Below are positions 1 to 12,200 of a DNA stretch of 64,000 nt, piece by piece (within the stretch, counting starts at the first letter, position 1; every line of letters begins with the position of its first letter). A program made the position numbers and the translations under genes. Under the pieces are notes generated by a model that saw only the letters and a list, made by a program, of their open reading frames with translations, had not been told where the DNA came from and made no database searches. Source of the DNA: Heterodontus francisci (lineage: Eukaryota); assembly GCF_036365525.1 (NCBI RefSeq), contig NC_090378.1, positions 117,599,593-117,663,592 on the forward strand, read 5' to 3'.

Positions 1-23
1 CAGGGTAGTGGGATTGGGAATAT

Positions 24-830
24 AGGAACAGGAGGAGGCTGTTCAGCCCATCGAGCCTGTTCTATCCTCCAGTTTGATCATCTGATCTGTCTCTGATCTC
101 CATCTCCCTGCCTTGGTTGCATAACCCACAATACCCCGACCCAACAAAATCTATCAAGTTCATTGTTAAATGTTTAAATTGATCTTCAGCCTCAACAGCT
201 TTATGAGGGAGAGAGTTCCCGATTTCCACTCGCCTTTATGTGAAGAAATGCCTCCTGACATCACCCCGAGCTCTAATATTAAGATTATGTCCCCTTGTTC
301 TCGACTCCCCCACCAGAGGAAACAGTTTCTCTCCATCTCTCCGAATCATCTTAATCCTTTATTCATCTTAAATACCTCAATGAGATCATCCCTAAATTCT
401 CTAAACTCAAGTGACTACAAGCCTAGTCTATACAGTCTGTCCTGATAATTTAACCCTTTCAGTCCCGGTATCATTCTGGTGAATCGGTGCTGCACCCCCT
501 CCAAGGCCAATCTCTCCTTCCTGAGGTGTGGGGCCCAGAACTGAACACAGTTACTCCAGATGCAGTTAAACCAGAGCTTTATACAACTGGAGTAAAACCC
601 CTTTGTATTCCAGTCCCGTTGATAGAAAGACCAACATTCCATTAGCCTTATTCAATATGTTTTATACCTGTCACTAGATTTTAATGCTTTCTGTACTTGG
701 ACCCCTAAATCTCTCTGTTCCTCCACAGTTCCCAGCTTCTCACCATTTAGAAATTACTCTGATTTATCTTTCTCAGGTCCAAACTGGATGACCTCACACT
801 GTCCACATTGAACTCCATCTGCCATTGTCT
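24..830 (-). mobile_element. CR1 LINE 3' fragment (RT C-terminus and 3' tail), degenerate
   Basis: Minus ORF 415-642 reads CVQFWAPHLRK...LEGVQHRFTRMIPGLKGLNYQDRL, the CR1 ORF2 C-terminus. The CR1-type 3' end lies near 24-70. Boundaries approximate. Confidence 0.85.
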
Positions 831-879
831 TCGGTCCCCGTCACAAACTCCATTCCCGAGCCACTGATTCCATCCCTCT

Positions 880-1255
880 CCCAGGGACTGTCTGAGACTG
901 AACCAGGCAGTTCACAGCCATGGTGTTGTATTTGACCCTGAGATGTGTTACTGACCACATAAACCACATCATCATTAAAACCACCTATTTCCACCTCCGT
1001 AACCTCGTCCGAGTCCTCCCTGCCTCAGCTCATCTACTGCTGAAACACTCATCCATGCCTTTGTTACCTCTAGACTTGACTATTCCAATGTTCTCCTGTT
1101 CGCATCACAGTTACCATCCTCTGTAAACTAGAGCTGATCCAAAACTCTGCTGCCCATGTCTGAACCCAGACCATGTCACATTCCCCCATCACTGTGATCA
1201 CTGACCTACATTGGCTCCTGTTCCAGCAAAACCTCGATGTTGCCTCATCTTGCCT
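880..1255 (+). mobile_element. L2-clade LINE fragment, degenerate
   Basis: Translates to ETLIHAFVTSRLDYSN...LELIQNSAA...ITDLHWL, motifs typical of the L2 ORF2 C-terminus. Confidence 0.65.
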
Positions 1256-1826
1256 CACATTATCCCGACTCTCTGTCTCCTACCTCCTAACCAATTCCTT
1301 ACCCATGTCAAAAGGTTTCCTCACATTCCATATGCTTCTATTTTGCGAACAGTCTCTTGTGTGGAACCTTCTCAAATGCCTTCTGGAAATCCAAATAAAT
1401 AACATCCATAGACATTCCCTTATCTACCACATTAGTGACCTCTTCAAAAAATACAACTCAATTAGTTAAACATGTTTCACCCTTTTTAAATCCGTGCTGA
1501 CTCTCTCTGATCAGTTTATATTTGTCAGTCATTCTGTCCCTAATAACAGATTCAAATAACTTCCCCACAACAGATATTAAACTGAGATGTTAGTCGTGAA
1601 TTACTCGAGCAAACAGCTGAAAGAGAGACGAGGGGCTGAACGGCCTCCTCCTGTGCTGTAGAATTATACTGCTCTTTGGCTGAAACATGTGGACTGGAAC
1701 AGGAGGTGTGCTGGAGTTTAAACAATGAGTTAAATGTGGACGTAGTGTCATTAGTGGGTAATGCAAAGTCTGCATTGTGTCCATTGACCGTCTCTAAAAG
1801 ATGTCTTTCTCTTTTTCCCTTTTCAG

Positions 1827-1917
1827 GTCCAGGGCTGTAATTAAGGAGCTGAAAGAATATTTAGTGAAGAAGTTTCCGGACTGTGCGGTGTGTGTGAAGG
1901 TGTTCGGCAGTGACTGA
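1827..1917 (+). CDS. Probable terminal coding exon of an unidentified gene (SRAVIKELKEYLVKKFPDCAVCVKVFGSD*)
   Basis: Strong polypyrimidine tract plus CAG acceptor (tctttctctttttcccttttcag, ending 1826). Only one frame stays open (the other two stop within 6 codons) and it ends at TGA 1915-1917. Sequence looks unique. ATTAAA at 2160-2165. Protein not recognised. Confidence 0.5.
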
Positions 1918-2209
1918 CGATTACAGCTCCTTGTTCAGTCTGCTCCGCCCTCACCACTGATCAAGCAATGTAACCTCCTGTCACACCGAGTGAAATTACA
2001 ATCGATATCATAGTGTCAGTCCCAGAAAACAACAGCATCACAGTCTGAGTCACTAGGACAGACATCACTGCCTCACATCAAAGAACAGATCCCTTATCCC
2101 CTCTCACCATGTTCATAAATCATACGGCAGTGAAAATATACTGACAAACACCACCTTATATTAAACACTCACACCCATAGAACACCTTCAGAGGTAGAAG
2201 ACGGGACAG

Positions 2210-2325
2210 AGATTGAGAGAGAGAAAAAGAGAGAGTGAGATGGAGAGAGAGAGAGAGGGAGTGAGAGGGACTGAGATGGAGAGAGAGAGAGAGGGAGTGA
2301 GAGGGAGTGAGATGGAGACAGAGAC
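2210..2325. repeat. (GA)-rich microsatellite/low complexity
   Basis: gagagagagagggagtgagaggga-type repeats. Confidence 0.85.
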
Positions 2326-2344
2326 TCTGTGTCAGCTCCTGTAC

Positions 2345-2800
2345 ATGGAAGAGTGAAGAAGTCTTATTGCAGTTGGATCGGACCTTGCTGAGACCACACC
2401 TGGAGAACTGTGGACAGTTTTGGTCTCTTTACCAAAGGAAGGATATTCTGACCTTGGAAGGAGAGCAGCAAAGATTCACCAGACTGATTCCTGGGATGAG
2501 GGGATTGTCCTATGAGGAGAGATTGAGTAGACTGGGATATTATTCCCTGAAATGTAGAAGAATGAGAGGTGATCTGATTGAAAGATATACAATTTTTAAT
2601 GTGACTGACAGGGTAGATACTGGGAGGATGTTTTCCCCTGGCTGGGGAATCTAGAACAAGGGGTCACAGTCTCAGAATAAGGGGTCGGCCATTTCGGATT
2701 GAGATCAGGAGAAAGTTCTTCACGCAAGGGGTTGTGAATCTTTGGAATTCTGTTTCCCAGAGAGCAGTGGATGCTCAGTCATTGAAGACAGGAGTCTATA
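2345..2800 (+). mobile_element. CR1 LINE 3' RT fragment
   Basis: ORF 2307-2654 contains RTLLRPHLENCGQFWS...RFTRLIPGMRGLSYEERL...RGDLIE. Confidence 0.85.
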
Positions 2801-2916
2801 GATCTGGATTGCGCCTGTTCCTGCCCAATTTCTAATACAATAGTGGAATTACACTCGAACCCTTGCTGCATGTAAAGTATCAGCCATGGCTCAGTGTTTG
2901 CAGTAACGTTTATACT

Positions 2917-5900
2917 CATCAGTCTCCAGACAGAGCAAAATTCATCCAGTGCAGTCTCCAACCGGGGCTCCATTCATCCAGTGCAGACGCCAGCCAGGGC
3001 TCCATTCATCCAATGCAGTCTCCATCCGGGCTCCATTCATCCAGTGCAGTCTCCAGCCAGGGATCCATTCATCCAGTGCAGTCTCCAGCCAGAGCACAAT
3101 TCATCCAGTGCAGTCTCCAGCCGGGGCTCCATTCATCCAGTGCAGTCTCCAGTCAGGGCTCCGTTCATCCAGTGCCGTCTCCAGCCAGGGCTCCATTCAT
3201 CCAGTGCAGTCTCCAGTCAGGGCTCCATTCATCCAGTGCAGTCTCCAGTAAGGGCTCCGTTGATCCAGTGCCGTCTCCAGCCAGGGCTCCATTCATCCAG
3301 TGCAGTCTCCAGTCAGGGCTCCGTTCATCCAGTGCCGTCTCCAGTCAGGGTTCCATTCATCCAGTTTTGTCTTCAGCCAGGACTCCATTCATCCAGTGCA
3401 ATCTCCGGTCAAGGCTCCAAACATCCAGTGCAGTCTCTAGCCATGGCTCCATTCATCCAGTGCAGTCTCCAGTCAGGGCTCCGTTCATCCAGTGCCGTCT
3501 CCAGTCAGGGCTCCATTCATCCAGTTCAGTCTTCAGCCAGGGCTCGATTCATCCAGTGCCGTCTCCAGTCAGGGCTCCATTCATCCAGTGCAGTCTCGAG
3601 CCAGGGCTCCATTCATCCAGTGCAGTCTCCAGCCAGGGCTCCATTCATCCAGTGCAGTCTCCAGCCAGGGCCCCATTCATCCAGTGCCATCTCCAGCCAA
3701 GGCACCATTCATTCAGTGCAGTCTCTAGCCAGGGCTCCATTCATGCAGTGCAGTCTCCAGCCAGGGCTCAATTCATCCAGTGCAGTCTCCAGTCAGGGCT
3801 CCATTCATCCAGTGCAGTCTCCAGCCAGGGCTCCATTCATCCAGTGCCATTTCCAGCCAGGGCCCCATTCATCCAGTGCCGTCTTCAGCCAGGGCTCAAT
3901 TCATCCAGTGCCGTCTGCAGCCAGGGCTCCATTCATCCAGTGCAGTCTCCAGCCAGCCCTCCATTCATCCAGTGCAGTCTCCAGCCAGGGCTCCATTCAT
4001 CCAGTGCAGCCTCCAGCCAGGGCTCCATTCATCCAGTTAAGTCTTCAGCCAGGGCTCCATTCATCCAGTGCGGTCTCCAGCCAGGGCTCCAATCATCAAG
4101 TTCAGTCTTCAGCCAGGGCTCGATTCATCCAGTGCCATCTCAAGTCAGGTCTCCAGTCATCCAGTTCGGTCTTCAGCGAGGGCTCCATTCATCCAGTGCA
4201 GCCTCCAGCCAGGGCTCCATTCATCCAGTGCAGCCTCCAGCCAGGGCTCCATTCATCCAGTTAAGTCTTCAGCCAGGGCTCCATTCATCCAGTGCGGTCT
4301 CCAGCCAGGGCTCCAATCATCAAGTGCAGTCTCCAGTCAGGGCTCCATTCATCCAGTGCAGTCTCCGGTCAAGGCTCCATTCATCCAGTGCAGTCTCCAG
4401 TCAGGGCTCCATTCATCCAGTGCCGTCTCATGTCAGGGCTCCATTCATCCAGTTCAGTCTTCAGCCAGGGCTCAATTCATCCAGTGCCGTCTCCAGTCAG
4501 GGCTCCATTCATCCAGTGCAGTCTCGAGCCAGGGCTCCATTCATCCAGTGCAGTCTCCGGTCAAGGCTCCATTCATCCAGTGCAGTCTCAAGCCAGGGCT
4601 CCATTCATCCAGTGCAGTCTCCAGTCAGGGCTCCGTTCATCCAGTGGCGTCTCCAGTCAGGGCTCCATTCATCCAGTTCAGTCTCCAGCCAGGGCTCCAT
4701 TCATCCAGTGCCGTCTCCGGTCAAGGCTCCATTTATCCAGTGCAGTCTCCAGCCAGGGCTCCATTCATCCAGTGCAGTCTCCAGTCAGGGCTCCGTTCGT
4801 CCAGTGCCGTCTCAAGTCAGGGCTCCATTCATCCAGTTCAGTTTTCAGCCAGGGCTCGATTCATCCAGTGCCGTCTCCAGTCAGGGCTCCATTCATCCAG
4901 TGCAGTCTCGAGCCAGGGCTCCATTCATCCAGTGCAGTCTCCAGCCAGGGCTCCATTCATCCAGTGCAGTCTCGAGCCAGGGCTCCATTCATTCAGTGCA
5001 GTCTCCAGCCAGGGCTCCATTCATCCAGTGCAGTCTCCAGCCAGGGCTCCATTCATCCAGTGCCGTCTCCAGCCAAGGCTCCATTCATTCAGTGCAGTCT
5101 CTAGCCAGGGCTCCATTCATGCAGTCAGTCTCCAGCCAGGGCTCAATTCATCCAGTGCAGTCTCCAGTCAGGGCTCCATTCATCCAGTGCAGTCTCCAGC
5201 CAGGGCTCCATTCATCCAGTGCCATCTCCAGCCAGGGCTCCATTCATCCAGTGCCGTCTACAGCCAGGGCTCAATTCATCCAGTGCCGTCTGCAGCCAGG
5301 GCTCCATTCATCCAGTGCAGTCTCCAGCTAGCCCTCCATTCATCCAGTGCAGTCTCCAGCCAGGGCTCCGATCATCCAGTGCCGTCTCCAGCCAGGGCTC
5401 CAATCATCAAGTTCAGTCTTCAGCCAGGGCTCGATACATCCAGTGCCGTCTCAAGTCAGCTCTCCATTCATCCAGTTCGGTCTTCAGCGAGGGCTCCATT
5501 CCTCCAGTGCAGTCTCCAGTCAGGGCTCCATTTATCCAGTGCAGTCTCTGGTCAAGGCTCCATTCATCCAGTGCAGTCTCCAGTCAGGGCTCCATTCATC
5601 CAGTGCCGTCTCATGTCAGGGCTCCATTCACCCAGTTCAGTCGTCAGCCAGGGCTCGATTCATCCAGTGCCGTCTCCAGTCAGGGCTCCATTCATCCAGT
5701 GCAGTCTCCAGCCAGGGCTCCATTCATCCAGTGCAGTCTCCGGTCAAGGCTCCATTCATCCAGTGCAGTCTCCAGCCAGGGCTCCATTCATCCAGTGCAG
5801 TCTCCACTCAGGGCTCCGTTCATCCAGTGGCATCTCCAGTCAGGGCTCCATTCATCCCGTTCAGTCTCCAACCAGGGCTCCATTCATCCAGTGCCGTCTC

Positions 5901-6912
5901 TGGTCAAGGCTCCATTCATCCAGTGCAGTCTCCAGCCAGGGCTCCATTCATCCAGTGCAGTCTCCAGTCAGGGCTCCGTTCGTCCAGTGCCGTCTCCAGT
6001 CAGGGCTCCATTCATCCAGTGCAGTCTCGAGCCAGGGCTCCATTCATCCAGTGCAGTCTCCAGCCAGGGCTCCATTCATCCAGTGCAGTCTCCAGCCTGG
6101 GCTCCACTCATCCAGTGCTGTCTCCAGCCAAGGCTCCATTCATTCAGTGCAGTCTCTAGCCAGGGCTCCATTCATGCAGTGCAGTCTCCAGCCAGGGCTC
6201 ATTTCATCGAGTGCAGTCTCTAGCCAGGGCTCCATTCATCCAGTGCAGTCTCCAGCCAGGGCTCCATTCATCCATTGCAGTCTCCAGACAGGGCTCCATT
6301 CATCCTGTGCAGTCTCCAGCCAGGGCTCCATTCATCCATTGCAGTCTTCAGCCAGAGCTCCATTCATCCAGTGCAGTCTCCAGCCAGTGCTCCATTCATC
6401 CAGTGCCGTCTCCAGCCAAGGCTCCATTCATCCAGTGCAGTCTCCAGCCAGGGCTCCATTCATCCAGTGCAGTCTCCAGCCAGGGCTCCATTCATCCAGT
6501 GCAGTCTCTAGCCAGGGCTCCATTCATCCAATGCAGTCTCCAGCCAGGGCTCCATTCATCCAGTGCAGTCTCCAGCCAGGGCTCCATTCATCCAGTGCAG
6601 TCTCTAGCCAGGGCTCCATTCATCCAGTGCAGTCTCCAGCCAGGGCTCCATTCATCCAGTGCAGTCTCTAGCCAGGGCTCCATTCATCCAGTGCCGTCAC
6701 CTGCCAAGGCTCCATTCATCCAGTGCAGTCTCCAGCCAGAGCTCCATTCATCCAGTGCAGTCTCTAGCCAGGGCTCCATTCATCCAGTGCAGTCTCCAGC
6801 CAGGGCTCCATTCATCCAGTGCAGTCTCTAGCCAGGGCTCCATTCATCCAGTGCAGTCTCTAGCCAGGGCTCCATTCATCCAGTACAGTCTCCAGCCAGG
6901 GCTCCGTTCATC
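2917..6912. repeat. 32-bp minisatellite array, about 125 copies, consensus CCAGGGCTCCATTCATCCAGTGCAGTCTCCAG
   Basis: Visible 32-bp periodicity; it produces spurious ORFs in all three plus frames. Confidence 0.97.
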
Positions 6913-7019
6913 CATCATATCAGTAAAAAGTACAAGGTGAAAACCATCAAAATGTAATCGTGGAGTCCGACCTCAGGATGGGGGAGCAGGGAGCTGCATG
7001 GATTGGTGAAGAGATACAC

Positions 7020-7597
7020 ACCTCCCTGACCTCCATCCCTCCCTCTATCTGACCTCCATCCCTCTCTCTATCTGATCTCCATCCCTGCCTCTATCTGACC
7101 TCCATGCCTCCCTCTATCTGACCTCCATCCCTCCCTCTATCTGACCTCCATCCCTCCCTCTATCTGACCTCCATCCCTCCCTCTATCTGAGCTCCATCCC
7201 TCCCTCTATCTAATCTCCATCCCTCCCTCTATCTGAGCTCCATCCCTCCCTCTTTCTGAGCTCCATCCCTCCCTCTATCTGATCTCCATCCCTCCCTCTA
7301 TCTGATCTCCATCCCTCCCTCTATCTGATCTCCATCCCTCCCTCTATCTGAGCTCCATCCCTCCCTCTATCTGATCTCCATCCCTCCCTCTGTCTGAGCT
7401 CCATCCCTCCCTCTATCTGATCTCCATCCCTCCCTCTATCTGATCTCCATCCCTCCCTCTGTCTGAGCTCCATCCCTCCCTCTATCTGATCTCCATCCCT
7501 CCCTCTATCTGATCTCCATCCCTCCCTCTATCTGAGCTCCATCCCTCCCTCTATCTGAGCTCCATCACTCCCTCTATCTGATCTCCATCTCTCCCTC
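7020..7597. repeat. 23-bp polypyrimidine minisatellite, about 25 copies, consensus CTGATCTCCATCCCTCCCTCTAT
   Basis: Unit starts at 7261 and 7284 give a 23-bp period. Confidence 0.95.
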
Positions 7598-7907
7598 CAG
7601 AGCTTTCTGCAAATAAACACAGAATGGATGAAAGATACAATAAAAGAATTATGAAGATGATTATCAGAGATGTGTCATTATTATAGTTAAAAAGGTCTCC
7701 TTCTCAGTGAAGATATATCCTGCTGAGTAATATATACAGACAGGCTGTGCTAAAGTTGGACAATGTTGAGATGTAGATTTTATATTTTACCAAAAAGCAG
7801 AATTGAGTAAACAAGATGTGAACAAGATGATTAGAAATTGTTTACAGACACTGATGACAGTCTCTGTGTTCCTCAGGCGGTCCCAGTCGTGTTGTTCACA
7901 AACCATG

Positions 7908-8611
7908 GGGGGAGTTTTATTCCCTCCCCCATGACGGGTTTGGAGGTGGGAGAGCCGATAATCAGGTGGGATGGTGACGGGGGAGGGACCACCGCCAATT
8001 AAGGCCCTTCAGAGGGTAATTAATTCCCAATTACCTCATTGCACTGCCACCACAATTAGCCCAGCTGTGGGTGGGGCCTGTCGCCACACGGGGAGCATGA
8101 CAAGAAAAACCGTGCGAGTTGCTTCCTGGCTCCGTTTGGGGAGGGGAGAGTCCCTTGTTACAAGACACTTCGTGCCTGAACACGGAACCCAGTATCGGGA
8201 ATGGGGGCCCGCTGAGAGTCAACCCCCCTTCCCTTGATGCTGACCCCCCCTACACACCTCTCCCATATGACCCCCACCCCGCGGAACCACTCCTGCCCTG
8301 ACCTACCTGTGACCTGGTTCCTGCACCGCTCCGAGGCCTCGGGTTGGTTCTCCACTGTCAGCAGCCACTGCCTCCACTGTCAGCAGCCACTGCCTCCACT
8401 GTGGCGTTGCTCAGTTCCTCTGATTGGCCGGCAGTTCTCAGAGGGCGGGACTTCAGTGTGGTCCTTGATCCCAGGAAAGGTCCACTGCTGTCCAGTTACG
8501 TGCCTAATTGGTACTTTATTTGGTGAGCCTCCCACAGAAGGAGAAACGTGGGGCTCTTGGTGGGTCTTTTGCTGGAGTCGGGACCCTGTCACCTGGATAA
8601 ACTCCTGACCC
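7908..8611. mobile_element. Putative non-autonomous PIF/Harbinger-like MITE
   Basis: Imperfect terminal inverted repeats (GGGGGAGTTTTATTCC / GGATAAACTCCTGACCC), possible 3-bp TSD ATG (7905-7907, 8612-8614) and a GC/CpG-richer interior. Confidence 0.45.
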
Positions 8612-8994
8612 ATGTTTTGCAGTCAGCCTGCTCTTCTTAACGGCAGGCTGTCCCTTTTAAAGGAAATCTGAACTGAATAATATTAATGCAATTGAAATGG
8701 TTTCAAACTGAATGCTGGCATGATGGATGTGATGCTGGAGGCGTCAGCGGTGAAGGTGGTTAGGAAGAAAGACATTATGGATCCTCGGAGTGGGGGGAGG
8801 GTGGGGTGTGTGCGGGGTGGTCAGGAGGCATTGCTGGGAGTGTGAGGATGAGGTGGAGAATCTGACTGCCATGAGTGAGTCCTGAGTGCCAGGGATTGTT
8901 ACTGGGTGAGTGATGGGGGTTTGGTACAATGAGCAGCAGGAGAGGTTGGTGCTGTGCTTGGTGGGAGATGTCCTGTGAAGATACATTCACTGAC

Positions 8995-9223
8995 CTTGAC
9001 CACCCCTGTGAGGTCACTGAACTTCCCACGACATTACTGTCAGGTCCTCAGGTCCAGACTGCAGGAATTGACCTCCCTGGTCATCGCTCCCATTCTCTTC
9101 TCAGCATTTTGCTTTGAGGGCCGCCTGGCTCCTTGTGCAAACATTGATTCTCTACTCCTTTGTACCTCCTCTATTAATGTCTCCAGTGTCACAATGGGAA
9201 CACTGAGAGCCCTCTCTCTGCTC
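8995..9223 (-). pseudogene. Harbinger-type Myb/SANT-like DNA-binding protein exon relic
   Basis: With stops and frameshifts it reads SRERAL..VTLETLIEEVQRSRESMFAQGARRPSK..EVNSCSLDLRT*Q*CRGKFSDLTGVVK followed by gtcagt. Homologous to 33338-33572. Confidence 0.7.
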
Positions 9224-12200
9224 TCCAGTCTGTGTACTCAGGAACATCACACTTCACAATCCAGTCTGTGTACTCAGATACAACACACTTCACAATCCAC
9301 TCTGTGTACTCAGGTGCATCACACTTCACTATCCAGTCTGTGTACTCAGGTACATCACACTTCACAACCCAGTCTGTGTACTCAGATACATCACACTTCA
9401 CAATCCGGTCTGTGTACTCAGGTACATCACACTTCATAATCCAGTCTGTGTACTCAGATACATCACAATTCACAATCCAGTCTGTGTACTCAGAAACATC
9501 ACACTTCACAATCCGGTCTGTGTCCTCAGGTACATCACACATCACAATCCGGTCTGTGTACTCAGGTACATCACACTTCACATTCCGGTCTGTGTACTCA
9601 GGTACATCACACGACACATTCCACTCTGTGTACTCAGGTACATCGCACTTCACAATCCAGTCTGTGTACTCAGATACATCACACTTCACAATCCAGTCTG
9701 TGTACACTGATGCATCACACTGCACAATTCAGTCTGTGTATTCAGATACATCACAATTCACAATCCAGTCTGTGTACTCAGATACATCACACTTCACAAT
9801 CCGGTCTGTGTACTCAGGTACATCACACTTCATAATCCAGTCTGTGTACTCTGATACATCACACTTCACAATCCAGTCTGTGTACTCAGGTACATCACAC
9901 TTCACAATCCAGTCTGTGTACTCAGATACATCACACTTCACAATCCAGTCTGTATATTCAGATACATCACACTTCACAATCCAGTCTGTGTACTCAGATA
10001 CATCACACTTCACAATCCAGTCTGTATATTCAGATACATCACACTTCACAATCCAGTCTGTATACTCAGGTACATCACACTTCGCAATCCAGTCTGTGTA
10101 CTCAGGTACATCACATTTCACAATCCAGTCTGTGTACTCAGATACATCACACTTCACAATCCTATCTGTGCACTCAGGTACATCACAATTCACAATCCAT
10201 TCTGTGTACTCAGGTACATCACACTTCACAATGCAATCTGTGCACTCAGGTACATCACACTTCACAATCCAGTTGTGTACTCAGGTATATCACACTTCAC
10301 AATCCAGACTGTGTACTCAGGTATATCACACTTCACAATCCAGTCTCTGTACTCAGGTACATCACACTTCACAAACCAGTCTGTGTACTCAGGTACATCA
10401 CACTTCACAATCCAGTCTGTGTACTCAGAGACATCACCGTTCACAATCCAATCTGTGTACTCAGGTACATCACACTTCACAATCCAGTCTGTGTACTCAG
10501 GTATATCACACTTCACAATACGGACTGTGTACTCAGAGACATCACTGTTCACAATCCAATCTGTATACTCAGGTATATCACACTTCACAATCCAGTCTCT
10601 GTACTCAGGTACATCACACTTCACAAACCAGTCTGTGTACTCAGGTACATCACACTTCACAATCCAGTCTGTGTACTCAGGTACATCACAATTCACAATC
10701 CATTCTGTGTACTCAGGTACATCACACTTCACAATGCAATCTGTGTACTCAGGTATATAACACTTCACAATCCAGACTGTGTACTCAGGTACATCACACT
10801 TCGCAATCCAGTCCGTGTACTCAGGTACATCACATTTCACAATCCAGTCTGTGTACTCAGGTACATCACACTTCATAATCCTGTCTGTGTACTCAGGTAC
10901 ATCACACTTCACAATCCAGTCTGTGTACTCAGGTACATCACAATTCACAATCCATTCTGTGTACTCAGGTACATCACACTTCACAATCCAATCTGTGCAC
11001 TCAGGTACATCACACTTCACAATCCAGTCCGTGTACTCAGGTACATCACAATTCACAATCCATTCTGTGTACTCAGGTACATCACACTTCACAATCCAGA
11101 CTGTGTACTCAGGTACATCACACTTTACAATCCAGTCTGTGTCCTCAGGTACATCACACTTCACAAACCAGTCTGTGTACTCAGGTACATCACAATTCAC
11201 AATCCATTCTGTGTACTCAGGTACATCACACTTCACAATCCAGACTGTGTACTCAGGTACATCACACTTTACAATCCAGTCTGTGTACTCAGGTATATCA
11301 CACTTCACAATCCACTCTGTGTACTCAGGTACATCACACTTCACAATCCAGTCTGTGTACTCAGGTACATCACAATTCACAATCCATTCTGTGTACTCAG
11401 GTACATCACACTTCACAATCCAGACTGTGTACTCAGGTACATCACACTTTACAATCCAGTCTGTGTACTCAGGTACATCACACTTCACAAACCAGTCTGT
11501 GTACTCAGGTACATCACACTTCACAATCCAGTCTGTGTACTCAGGTACATCACACTTCACAATCCACTCTGTGTACTCAGGTACATCACACTTCACAATC
11601 CATTCTGTGTACTCAGGTACATCACACTTCACAATGCAATCTGTGTACTCAGGTATGTAACACTTCACAATCCAGACTGTGTACTCAGGTACATCACACT
11701 TCGCAATCCAGTCCGTGTACTCAGGTACATCACATTTCACAATCCAGTCTGTGTACTCAGAACATCACACTTCACAATCCTATCTGGGCACTCAGGTACA
11801 TCACACTTCACAATTCACTCTGTGTACTCAGGTACATCACAATTCACAATCCATTCTGTGTACTCAGGTACATCACACTTCACAATGCAATCTGTGCACT
11901 CAGGTACATCACACTTCACAATCCAGTCCGTGTACTCAGGTACATCACAATTCACAATCCATTCTGTGTACTCAGGTACATCACACTTCACAATGCAATC
12001 TGTGCACTCAGGTACATCACACTTCACAATCCAGTCTCTGTACTCAGGTACAACAGACTTCACAATCCAGTCTGTGAACTCAGGTGCATCACACTTCACA
12101 ATCCGGTCTGTGTACTCAGGTACATCAGACTTCACAATCCGGTCTGTGTACTCAGGTACATCAAACTTCACAATCCGGTCTGTGCACTCAGGTACATCAC

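Noticed and set aside
1870-1917. FPDC..VKVFGS resemblance to the Pol-beta nucleotidyltransferase hGS motif
   Set aside because: A stop follows immediately and there is no DxD motif downstream.
2863-6940. Long ORFs up to 867 aa (SSQGSIHPVQSPARAPFIQCSLQPGLH repeats)
   Set aside because: They are translations of a stop-poor 32-bp minisatellite, open in all three frames.
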